Source: an uncultured Bacteriovoracaceae bacterium (GTDB lineage Bacteria; Bdellovibrionota; Bacteriovoracia; Bacteriovoracales; Bacteriovoracaceae). From it: DNA of 64,000 nucleotides. The notes under the pieces are model-generated. The model saw only the letters and a program-made list of their open reading frames with translations. It was not told the origin of the DNA and did not search any database. The position numbers and the translations under genes were made by a program. Location: assembly GCA_964012805.1 (NCBI GenBank), contig CAXGUD010000004.1, positions 32,001 through 96,000 of the forward strand. Reading direction: 5' to 3'. Shown piece after piece: positions 41,266 through 50,195 of the stretch; the first letter of the stretch is position 1; the number at the start of each line of letters is the position of its first letter.

Positions 41266-41346
41266 TAGGTTATAAGAATTTTAAAAAGACGAGGTGCTTT
41301 TAGGTTCACTTGGCCTTGAATTGTTATTAAGTCCTCTTATAACCTA
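41266..41346. repeat. 12-bp inverted repeat TAGGTTATAAGA-N57-TCTTATAACCTA upstream of the RT
   Basis: Read directly; extends with a G-T pair and A4/T4. Confidence 0.8.
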
Positions 41347-41396
41347 TTTTTTATTTTTAAAATGGTATTAATTAAATTGTTTAATGTGGTCTTTTT

Positions 41397-41768
41397 TTAA
41401 AGCTCTTTACAGCTTTGATCGAGCGCTTGCCCTTCTTCTGACTGGTAAAAATTAATGATTTTTGAAGGACTGATATCTTCAAAGAGGTCTTCGATTTTCA
41501 TCGTGTAGACCTTTTTTTCAACAAGGCCGTTAAAGAAACACGCGCAGTAAAGCTCACCGCCAACATTTCCTTTTCTTCTTATACAGCTATTCATAAAGCC
41601 AAGGGCGAAACCCTCTTGATATTCTTTTTCAAAACTAGCTATTTCTGCCTTAAAATAATTTTTTAGGACCTTTTGAGGGCCACTCAGGGTTAAAGCATAA
41701 GCACAGGAAACGCCTAAAAGTGTAAAGATAGAAAAAAGAATAAGGGCCATCTTTCTTGTCTTTTTCAT
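41397..41768 (-). CDS. Hypothetical secreted protein
   Basis: Signal-like N-terminus; FMNSC...YCAC Cys pattern. Confidence 0.7.
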   Translation of the reverse strand: MKKTRKMALILFSIFTLLGVSCAYALTLSGPQKVLKNYFKAEIASFEKEYQEGFALGFMNSCIRRKGNVGGELYCACFFNGLVEKKVYTMKIEDLFEDISPSKIINFYQSEEGQALDQSCKEL

Positions 41769-41811
41769 AAGTCATATGTCCTTTTGTTTTGGTTCCTTGC
41801 CTTATTAACAG

Positions 41812-41826
41812 GCAAGCTTGATGCCA
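41812..41826 (-). promoter_or_regulatory. Sigma-54 (-24/-12) promoter candidate
   Basis: Minus strand TGGCAT-CAAGC-TTGC against consensus TGGCAC-N5-TTGC, about 45 nt upstream of the 41768 start. Confidence 0.65.
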
Positions 41827-42036
41827 AATAAACCACGCTATTTTAGGAGGTTAGGGGCTTCACGCCGTCAAGGTTTTGGACGGGTATCAAAAAAGTTTTC
41901 AGAAATAAAAAAAGAACCTCTTAAAAAAAATTATTTATAAAGATTCGCTATTTATAAAGGAGGTCTATTTTGAGAGCGTTTTAAACATTTTCCCAAGGAA
42001 GACCGACAAGTTCTTGACCTTTTACGTTGGGGAAAT

Positions 42037-44523
42037 ATGAAGTTTTTGGTCTTCTTTTTTTGTATTTCATGGGCCTTTATTGCCAGGCCGTCCTCTTTAG
42101 TTTTGGAGGCAGGCAAGGAGTCTTATGAATTAGGTTCTTACTTAGACCTATTGGAAGACCCAACCACCAAATTAACCCTTGATGATGTTAAGGGCCCTTT
42201 GTGGAAAGATAAATTTAAAAGAAATAAGGTGAGGATTCCTAATTTTGGCTATCTGGATTCAGCTTATTGGATTCGCTTTGATGTTAAGGTGCCCGATAAA
42301 AGTTGGGTCTTAAAAGTCGCCCCTAATTATCACGATAACCTCTTTTTTTACTTTTTAAAGGATGGAAAATACCAAGTCATAAAAATGGGGGATAGAAACC
42401 CTGGTCAGAAAAAATATATTCATAATGAAGATCATATTTTAAATTTAGACCCTTCGTGGGGAAAGACAATTTATATTAGGGTTTTTAGTTTAGCTGGAGT
42501 AGGTGAGTTAGACCTTAAAATTATGACCTTAAGAGAGTACACCCAAAAAAGAACGGAGTTAAATTATTTTTACGGAATGTTTTTAGGGGCGATTTTAGCG
42601 GTGGCCCTTTATAACCTCTTTTTATTTTTTAGGCTTCAAAGTCTAAATTATCTTTTATACGTTTTTTACGTCCTAGGTATTTTTATCCTTATTTCAATAC
42701 TCCAAGGTTTTGGGAGGCATTACTTTTTTTCTCATAATATCTGGATGGTAAATGAAGGCCTTAATTTTTTAATTGGTTTTTTAAATATTATTTTGGGCAT
42801 TTTTACGATCCGCTACTTAAAATTAAAAAAATGGAGTAAGTTTTTTTATTATTTGATGATCTTTGAAATCTTTTTAGGTTTTTGTATTATTTTTTCAGTT
42901 TTCACTCTTCCTATTATCCTTTCGGCTAAAATAATGACTTCAATTAATACCGTAACTCCTTTAATGGCCTATGCTTCAAGTATTTATGTCATGAAAAAAG
43001 GTTATAGGCCTGCGAGGTATTATTTTTATGCATTTTCCTTTTCCTTTTTAGGCATGTTTACTTACGCTTTATACAATCTTGGGGTCCTTCCAGGCATTTT
43101 TTTTACAAGAAACTCTGTCGCCATAGGAAATATATTTGAAATCCTCCTCCTCTCCATGGGGTTGGCCGACAGGTTTAATTACAGCTTAGAGAAACGAATT
43201 AAAAAGGAAAAAGAATTAAGCTTGGATATTGAAATGCAGAGCTTTCAGCTTGAGGAAGAAAATAGAATTGCGGGAATCATGTATGAGAAGCTTCAGACCT
43301 TAAACTTAAAATTAGAAGACAGAGTTAAAGAAGCTACTGAGGATTTAAGAAGCGCCCTGGATAAAACTGAGGGGATGCTTTCAAATATTAATAAGGCCAT
43401 CTTTTCCGTTAACCCAAAAGGCGTTGTCTTGGCCCCCGTTTCAAGTTACACAAACACCCTTTTTAAAAAAGATATCGTGGGAACCAATGGCCTAAACCTC
43501 CTCTTTTTTCATTTCCAAGAGGGGAGTGCTCTTAAAAAAGATTTGATTGAGTCCTTCAGCGGTATTTTTGGCAATAGAAAAGAAGAGTTTGAAAGTTTAA
43601 GCACTGGGCTCCCCTCTCAAGTGATCCAGCCGGACTCAGAAAAGCCTAAGGGGCGCATACTAGACATTCAATACGTCCCCCTTTTTAGTAAAGACTCAAA
43701 AATTGAAAAGCTCATGTTTATTGTAGAAGATGTGACGGAAATCATGCAGGAACATGATCTCAATAGGGAAGTCCGCTCAAATTATCACGCTTTAAGGGAA
43801 GTTTTAACTTTTGATGATAAAGATATTTTGGGAGAATCTCTTTCTCAGTTCTTGGAAAAAACAACGTCTTTCCTAATATCCTTTTTAGCGCCTGATGGTG
43901 AAGAGCTTAAAAAGAGGGCCCTTTGTGAAATGATTTTAAGTTTCGTAAATGAAGTCAAAGAAAGCGGTATTTTTAAATTAGTAGAAGTTAAGTTAGTTAT
44001 TCTAGACATTCAAACCGAGATAAACAGAGAAAAAGAGGAAGAGGAGAGTCATTTTTTAATTTTAATGATTGAAAAATTATCGGGTCTTTTTTTGGTCTTG
44101 ATCAAGTATTTAGACGGTCTAAACAAGCTAAAAAAAGTTGGCGTTGGTAGTGGGGTTAGGTTTGAATTATCTTCTGGCTTTCATGAATCTATCGTTGAAA
44201 AAAAGGAAGACTTGGGAAGAATGATGACAAACCTTCTTGAATACGTCTTTTTGGTAAGAACCATTGATGACCTGGATGAAGAGAAGATAGAAAATGCTCC
44301 TAAGAAGGCCCGTCTCTATTCCCAATTTGACGATATTATTTTAAAGATTATGTATCGGACGAGGCTTATTTCCTTCCTCTTAAATATTGTTGGAAATAGC
44401 GATGAGGCCAAAAACTACCTAGAGTTTTCAGACCTTTTAAAGCAAATGCCAAGTAAGGACAAGCTGACTCAAGCCGCTTTGATGAACCATCTAATACGAC
44501 CTTATAGATTTCTTTTAAGTTAA
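42037..44523 (+). CDS. 7TM-DISM (DISMED2) receptor with PAS-like domain and unknown C-terminal domain
   Basis: LEDPT..LTLDDV, PNFGY.DSAYW, YNLFLF, GYRPARYY, LLSMGLADR; PAS-end motif MFIVEDVT; no kinase boxes. Confidence 0.85.
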   Translation: MKFLVFFFCISWAFIARPSSLVLEAGKESYELGSYLDLLEDPTTKLTLDDVKGPLWKDKFKRNKVRIPNFGYLDSAYWIRFDVKVPDKSWVLKVAPNYHDNLFFYFLKDGKYQVIKMGDRNPGQKKYIHNEDHILNLDPSWGKTIYIRVFSLAGVGELDLKIMTLREYTQKRTELNYFYGMFLGAILAVALYNLFLFFRLQSLNYLLYVFYVLGIFILISILQGFGRHYFFSHNIWMVNEGLNFLIGFLNIILGIFTIRYLKLKKWSKFFYYLMIFEIFLGFCIIFSVFTLPIILSAKIMTSINTVTPLMAYASSIYVMKKGYRPARYYFYAFSFSFLGMFTYALYNLGVLPGIFFTRNSVAIGNIFEILLLSMGLADRFNYSLEKRIKKEKELSLDIEMQSFQLEEENRIAGIMYEKLQTLNLKLEDRVKEATEDLRSALDKTEGMLSNINKAIFSVNPKGVVLAPVSSYTNTLFKKDIVGTNGLNLLFFHFQEGSALKKDLIESFSGIFGNRKEEFESLSTGLPSQVIQPDSEKPKGRILDIQYVPLFSKDSKIEKLMFIVEDVTEIMQEHDLNREVRSNYHALREVLTFDDKDILGESLSQFLEKTTSFLISFLAPDGEELKKRALCEMILSFVNEVKESGIFKLVEVKLVILDIQTEINREKEEEESHFLILMIEKLSGLFLVLIKYLDGLNKLKKVGVGSGVRFELSSGFHESIVEKKEDLGRMMTNLLEYVFLVRTIDDLDEEKIENAPKKARLYSQFDDIILKIMYRTRLISFLLNIVGNSDEAKNYLEFSDLLKQMPSKDKLTQAALMNHLIRPYRFLLS

Positions 44524-44706
44524 ATAAGGCCCTTTAACAGACCTAAATTGACTTTGTTTTTTTTTAATCAATATTATGTAAAAAAGAGAGGTGTTTATAA
44601 ATACTTTTATTGGGGAAGGCCTTTAATAAATCTGAAAATAAAAATACTACTAAAAAAACGTTTTAATAAAGCCGATTAGTCAAGTAACAGAATTATTTTT
44701 ATTGAG

Positions 44707-47190
44707 ATGATAATGAAACTGATTCTTCTTTTATTTCTTATACTTCTCACTTCTTGTGGGAATGTTAAAAACCGGCCTAAAGCCGTTAAGGGTGTCCTTG
44801 ACTTAGGTGGGTGGGACTTTAAAGTGGATGGGCCCGTCAAGCTTTCTGGAGAATGGAAATTTCACTGGCAAGAGTTAAAGGAATTAAATCTTAAAATAGC
44901 CCAAAGTGAGGGTGATTTTGTTCAAGTTCCCGGGTCCTGGACGAAAAAAGAAAGGCCTCAAATAAAGCGCTTTGGTTATGGAACTTATATTTTACAGGTG
45001 AAAGGAGTACGCTCGAAAGATGCTCTTGCCTTTAAGGCCCCTTTGTTTTTTTCGGGGTATAAAATGTTTGTCCTTCCTTCAAATATGGAGGGGAAGGCCT
45101 TAAAAGTTTTTGAAATGGGTCGGGTTGGAAAAACCAAAGAGGAGAGCACTCCAGAACTTAAAGTAAACGTTGAGACCATTAAAGCGACAGGAAAGTTTTT
45201 CATTTTCTTTCACGTCAGTAATTTTCATTACCGCCATGGATCTTTCGTTGATCCACCTACCCTCGGATTAGAAAAAGAAATGAAGAGGGATTTCACATTC
45301 TTGCAATGGTGGGACTTTTTTGTGGCGGGAATCCTCTTCATTATCAGCTGTTATCATCTTGTTCTTTACTCCATAAGAAAAGAAGACAAGGCCTCTTTAT
45401 ATTTTGGACTTTTTTCATTGATTGTTCTTATGAGGTCCTTAAGTATTGGGACATGGGGAAGCTGGATCGTAGAAAAACCAAGCGTTTTTAGTTTTTACCT
45501 TTTTACTTATTTGGAATATTTAAGTTTAGCATTAGGGGTCCCTCTCTTTTTGAGTTATATAAACCATCTTTTTAAAGATCAGTTTTCGATTCTAAAAAAA
45601 GCGTCCCTTTGGTTTTTTATCCCTTTTTGGATTTTATTTACTTTGACAACCCCAAGCTTTTATACCCAAAAAATATTTTTAAATCTTGTTTTATTAGGCC
45701 TTTTTGTTTTTTCTCTTTGGTTATTAGTCGAGATGGTGAGGCAATACCTAAAAAATACCCCTTATGCTAAAGAACTTATAATGAGTCTTATTGTCCTTAT
45801 TTTTGGTGCTTTGTATGATTCTTTAATAACTCAAAATCTATTGCCACCTCCCTTTATTTCACCTTTTACTTTTATAGGCTTTATCTTTTTTCAAAGTTAT
45901 ATTCTTGCCCTTAAATCCGCTTATTCCTACAAGGAATCAGAGCAGCTAGGGGATCTTTTAGAGGATGCCAGGATTGGCCTGGAAAGAACCGTTGATAAAA
46001 AAACAAGGGAACTCAAGGCAAGCCTCCATGAAACTAAAGGAATGCTTTCGAGTATCAATAAGGGTATCTTTAGCGTCGATAAAAGAGGAATTGTTTTAGA
46101 CCCTGTCTCTCTTTATTCAAAAATATTATTTAAAAAAGACATCGTGGGAGAAAACGGGCTTAACCTCCTTTATTTCCATTTTAAAGAGGGGAGTAAAAGT
46201 AAAAATCAGTTGCTCCAATCCTTTAAGGAAATTTTTGGTAAAAGCGAAAGCACATTTTTAAATCTAAGAAATGGATTCCCCTCTCGAGTTATTCAACCAG
46301 ATAAAGACAGGTTGAAGGGAAGGATTTTAGATATCACAACAATCCCTCTTCTTAACGCCGATTCAAAAGTTGAAAAAATAATGTTTATTGTAGAAGACGT
46401 CACGGAATCCACAGAGGAATACAATCAGTATAAGGAAATGGGTCGCGAGTACAAGGTTCTAATAGAAGTTTTACCTCTTGAAAGAAAAGATAAAATTGTT
46501 TCTGGTCTTTCCAGTTTTATGAACAACACGGTTTCCTCTTTAGGAAAATTAATGGAACCAGGAGCGGAAGACCTTTCCAAAAAAGACATCAATACCATTA
46601 TTTTTAATCTTATAAAGAAGTTTAAATCAACTGATGCCTCAAGGCTAAAGGAATTAGAAAAGGCCCTGACAAAAATTCAGGAAGAAACGACTATTCCTAA
46701 AGATAATGAAATGGGGAAAATTTTGGTTTGGGCAGTTGAAAAACTTTCAGAAATTTTTCTGGTTTTAACAAGGTATATAGAGTCCTTTAACTTCATCCAT
46801 AAAAATGGTATGGGCCCTAGCGTAATTTACTCATTTCCAAAAGGGTTTGATAGAAAACTTGTTGAGAAAAGAAAAGACCTCGATACCCTCATGTCCAACT
46901 TGCTTGAATATGTCTTTTTGGTAAGGGATATAAAAGACTTAAATGAAGAGAATATTTCAAATGCTCCTAAAAAAGCGCGTCTTTATAATGAGTTTGATGA
47001 AACAATCTCAAAGATTATGTTCCGTTCAAGGCTTATTGCGTTCCTCTTAAAAGTTGCCGGCAAAAATGAAGACTTTAAAAATTATATGAACCTTTCGGAG
47101 CTTTTAGAGCAGATGCCTTCCAAGGAAAAATTAAATGAAGCCGCTCTCGTCAACCACCTGATGGTGCCTTATAAAAAAATAAGAGGTTAA
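44707..47190 (+). CDS. 7TM-DISM receptor with PAS-like domain and unknown C-terminal domain (paralog)
   Basis: Lipobox LTSC; LSGEWKFHW, VPGSW, GYGTY, SNFHYRHG; 7TM; same C-terminal domain as 42037..44523. Confidence 0.85.
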   Translation: MIMKLILLLFLILLTSCGNVKNRPKAVKGVLDLGGWDFKVDGPVKLSGEWKFHWQELKELNLKIAQSEGDFVQVPGSWTKKERPQIKRFGYGTYILQVKGVRSKDALAFKAPLFFSGYKMFVLPSNMEGKALKVFEMGRVGKTKEESTPELKVNVETIKATGKFFIFFHVSNFHYRHGSFVDPPTLGLEKEMKRDFTFLQWWDFFVAGILFIISCYHLVLYSIRKEDKASLYFGLFSLIVLMRSLSIGTWGSWIVEKPSVFSFYLFTYLEYLSLALGVPLFLSYINHLFKDQFSILKKASLWFFIPFWILFTLTTPSFYTQKIFLNLVLLGLFVFSLWLLVEMVRQYLKNTPYAKELIMSLIVLIFGALYDSLITQNLLPPPFISPFTFIGFIFFQSYILALKSAYSYKESEQLGDLLEDARIGLERTVDKKTRELKASLHETKGMLSSINKGIFSVDKRGIVLDPVSLYSKILFKKDIVGENGLNLLYFHFKEGSKSKNQLLQSFKEIFGKSESTFLNLRNGFPSRVIQPDKDRLKGRILDITTIPLLNADSKVEKIMFIVEDVTESTEEYNQYKEMGREYKVLIEVLPLERKDKIVSGLSSFMNNTVSSLGKLMEPGAEDLSKKDINTIIFNLIKKFKSTDASRLKELEKALTKIQEETTIPKDNEMGKILVWAVEKLSEIFLVLTRYIESFNFIHKNGMGPSVIYSFPKGFDRKLVEKRKDLDTLMSNLLEYVFLVRDIKDLNEENISNAPKKARLYNEFDETISKIMFRSRLIAFLLKVAGKNEDFKNYMNLSELLEQMPSKEKLNEAALVNHLMVPYKKIRG

Positions 47191-47213
47191 AAGCTAAAAA
47201 TTTTAAATGTAAA

Positions 47214-47253
47214 AAAGGATAAGGCCTCTTTATGACCTTATCCTTTCCTTTTT
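47214..47253. terminator. Bidirectional intrinsic terminator
   Basis: aaaggataagg...ccttatccttt flanked by A and T runs, between convergent genes. Confidence 0.7.
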
Positions 47254-47310
47254 GTATGTTTTTTTAATTTTAATTTTAATTTTAATTTTGATTTTGGTAT
47301 TTCTCTTTTT

Positions 47311-49167
47311 TTACTGTTGAAGCCTCGCTATGATCCTTGTAACTATGCTACGAAGTGGATCATAGACCTCTTTTTCGTTAAGGTAGATAACTTCATCTAC
47401 ATAAACGCCATCATTTTCAATCATCATTCCTGCATTAAAATTTGTTCTTACGGCCTGAAGGAAAGAAAACCTCATGTCCTGTCCTCCCGGTAGAACCGGT
47501 AACACTGTCATACCATCAATATGAGACACGACAGGGCGTAAAAAGTCTGAGTAAGACTTAACTGATGCTCCGCCAGCGCCCGTACTCTTTGATCCGATTC
47601 CCCATATTTTTGCGGACCCATGGTCTTGCATTTGGGCGACAAAGGTATCGCAAGCAGAGTAGCACTTAGCATCGGCAATAATATTGATTGTTTTAAAAGA
47701 AACACTGGATGAAAATTCATGGGATTGACTCATTAATTCTTCCGTTATGAGGGGCGATGTTTCTGAGTAATAGGCGTCGGAATGCTGGAGGTCCCTGGCA
47801 AGAGGAATGAAGGTTTTGTAGGAGCTACTTTCAAAAATTGAAGAGCCAAAGAAGAGAAGGTTATTGGGAGTGTTTTTAAATCGATAACGGCTAAGCTCTA
47901 TTTTTTCCCTTGTAAGGTACTGGGCGAGCCTTTCCGCTAGGTAGATATAGCCACCTCCATTATTCCTGACGTCTATTGCTAGGTGTTGAACACCCTCATT
48001 TTTTAATTTCTTTAAAAAGTCTTTCATTTCTTCATCAAAGGCCTCTGGGTTATTTGGCATAAAAGTTGGGACTTTAAGATAACCAAAGTTGAAATTTGTG
48101 GCGTAAGTTAAATACTTGCCTTGCTCACTTTTCGTGGATGAAAAATCGATTTTATTTTGAGAGGTGTTTCCCTTATTTAAAGAGTTTTCTTTTTGTAATC
48201 CTGCTTGAGCGTACCTATTATAGGTTGAAATAAGCGTTCCATCTTCTTCTTCTTTACAAACATATTCTGTTAACCAAGGTAAGTTGATATTAATTTTCTT
48301 TCCATTTTTATCCATAAACTCTAAATTGTTTTGGTTTTTTTCAGGGAAAAAATTAAATTTGTGGCCACGGAATGATAAGTATTGAAGGGCCATTGCTCTC
48401 TGGGCCCCGGGGTTTGCACCTGAAGTATAGCGGTTTATGTCTTTAAGGGCCAAATGAATTGGCTTGCCATTATATTTTGTTAGAGTTAGCCCAGCTTTAA
48501 GCTTCTTAATGTTTTCTAGGTTTGAATGGGACGCACCGAGTGCCAAGCTTTTTGTAAAGTCATAGATATGAGTTAAAATGATTTTTTCTTCAGACTGGTC
48601 ATTTTTAACAAAAGTAAAAGCTAGAGGGAGGTGTGATTGAAAACAACCATAGGGAAGGGGAAGGAAGTAGTTTAAATGCCTGTCTCTTAGTTTAAAAAAG
48701 AGTTTGCTGATCCTACTATGAAGTTCGGATTCACTTAACCCAGCTGCTTGGTCCACGAGGCTTTCTAATTCGGCCGTTGGATCAACACTATTTCCAAAGT
48801 CGTCGATTTTCACTTTAAGGTTTACGTAATGGTTAAGTAAAACATTTTGAACTTGCTTGATAAGATCAAGCTTTTCCTGGGCGGTGTATTTTGGAAATTG
48901 AATAACACCTCTTATTTCGCTTAAGTTAAAAAGCCTATTTCTTTGGGCCGTAATAGCTTTGGGTAGCCTCTTTTTAGGCTTAAATCGATTAACGATGGTT
49001 AGTTTATCTTTTATTTTTTTCCAATTTTTTTTGGCCCTCTTCATACTTGGAGTTTGGTGGGAGGGAGAATTCTCATTTTTAGAAATTGAATTTTTACTTG
49101 GGCCCACACTCTGTTTCCCACAACTTACTCCTAAGATAAGAAACATGAGGATTAGAACTTTTTTCAT
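47311..49167 (-). CDS. S41-family peptidase lipoprotein
   Basis: Lipobox GVSC; LRDRH, GYLKVPTF, IDVRNNGGGY, CYSACD and TGAGGA motifs. Confidence 0.85.
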   Translation of the reverse strand: MKKVLILMFLILGVSCGKQSVGPSKNSISKNENSPSHQTPSMKRAKKNWKKIKDKLTIVNRFKPKKRLPKAITAQRNRLFNLSEIRGVIQFPKYTAQEKLDLIKQVQNVLLNHYVNLKVKIDDFGNSVDPTAELESLVDQAAGLSESELHSRISKLFFKLRDRHLNYFLPLPYGCFQSHLPLAFTFVKNDQSEEKIILTHIYDFTKSLALGASHSNLENIKKLKAGLTLTKYNGKPIHLALKDINRYTSGANPGAQRAMALQYLSFRGHKFNFFPEKNQNNLEFMDKNGKKININLPWLTEYVCKEEEDGTLISTYNRYAQAGLQKENSLNKGNTSQNKIDFSSTKSEQGKYLTYATNFNFGYLKVPTFMPNNPEAFDEEMKDFLKKLKNEGVQHLAIDVRNNGGGYIYLAERLAQYLTREKIELSRYRFKNTPNNLLFFGSSIFESSSYKTFIPLARDLQHSDAYYSETSPLITEELMSQSHEFSSSVSFKTINIIADAKCYSACDTFVAQMQDHGSAKIWGIGSKSTGAGGASVKSYSDFLRPVVSHIDGMTVLPVLPGGQDMRFSFLQAVRTNFNAGMMIENDGVYVDEVIYLNEKEVYDPLRSIVTRIIARLQQ

Positions 49168-49318
49168 TAATATCTCCTGTCGTTTAGGCCCTAATCAATA
49201 AGTTAGAGCAATGCTTTTGCCTCCTTTTTTTACCTTTTTTTGGGACACGTTTCGATATCTTGAGGGCGCTATTTGTTCACAAATGTTAAAGTTTGTGAAC
49301 GGTAGGTCGTCTGGGATT

Positions 49319-50182
49319 TTAAATATTATCCAGCAAAAACAAGAACTTACGCTGGTTTTCCTTCTTGATGATGGAAAAAAAGTTAATGTGATGAGGGTCA
49401 TCTGTGACCCAGAAGTCAGTTATATTATTTTTTGATGCCTTTAAAAGGTCGTAAACATCTTCACCATTTTTAAAGGTCACCATCTTATCTTTTTTACTGT
49501 GGATAACAAGTGTCCTCACCCCTAGTTCTTTAAAGTGCTCCTCGGGGGAATAAGTATCTGAAACAACGAGATAGGCAAAGGGGGAAAGGATCATGGTGAC
49601 AGGTCTTCTCTTTAAGGCCCTAAAAGCAACGTCTTGGTAGGAAGCAAATGTTGAGTCCAAAACCAAAAGGTCAACGCTCTTTTTATGTTTAAAGTCTTTC
49701 AACGCCCTTGAAACAATTGCCCCTCCTAAACTTTGCCCTATAATGACAAACTTTCCAGTTTTAATATTTTGCTTTTGATGGGTTTTGTAAGCAAGGTTAA
49801 GGGCGGCCAGAGCATCCTGGTGAACTCCTTTTGGAGTTGGACTCCCTTCAGAAAGTCCAAAGCCTCTATAATCAAAAGTAAAAAGGTTGTACCCATTTTT
49901 AATCATCCAAACGAGACTTGCTGAATGGGATGATATATTTTGAGCATTCCCATGAAACTGCATGACCGTTCCTTTGGTCTCTCCCTTTTGGTTTTTGAAA
50001 TACCATCCGTGTAATTTGGTTCCGTCTTTAGACTTAAAGAAAATATCTTTGTAGGGGTAGCCGACGACTTTAGGGTCAAAATAAAGAAAGCTGTCGGGGT
50101 GGTAAAAAAAATGGGTGCAGGAAGTGAAGAGAAGAGGGAAAAAGAATAAGAATAAGATTTTAAATACATTTAGTTTTTTCAT
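49319..50182 (-). CDS. Alpha/beta hydrolase lipoprotein
   Basis: FHGNAQN, FDYRGFGLSEG and GQSLGG motifs. Confidence 0.9.
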   Translation of the reverse strand: MKKLNVFKILFLFFFPLLFTSCTHFFYHPDSFLYFDPKVVGYPYKDIFFKSKDGTKLHGWYFKNQKGETKGTVMQFHGNAQNISSHSASLVWMIKNGYNLFTFDYRGFGLSEGSPTPKGVHQDALAALNLAYKTHQKQNIKTGKFVIIGQSLGGAIVSRALKDFKHKKSVDLLVLDSTFASYQDVAFRALKRRPVTMILSPFAYLVVSDTYSPEEHFKELGVRTLVIHSKKDKMVTFKNGEDVYDLLKASKNNITDFWVTDDPHHINFFSIIKKENQRKFLFLLDNI

Positions 50183-50195
50183 TTATTTAAAACCA

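Noticed and set aside
39728..41396. Classical DGR (TR/VR pair, avd)
   Set aside because: By-eye comparison of the RT flanks with the RHS gene found no repeat of about 100 bp differing at adenines. Only short chance-level matches turned up (ttgagtcctg; ggggcaaaa..gttgg near 37786 versus the RT tail). The RT has SP rather than SQ, and there is no Avd-like ORF. A TR outside the window is not excluded.
39788..41396. Group II intron or retron
   Set aside because: No domain V/VI-like sequence after the RT core and no HNH domain; the upstream region is short and AT-rich. No retron NAxxH/VTG motifs.
47262..47292. (TTTTAA)n run
   Set aside because: Low-complexity AT tract beside a terminator; no evidence of function.
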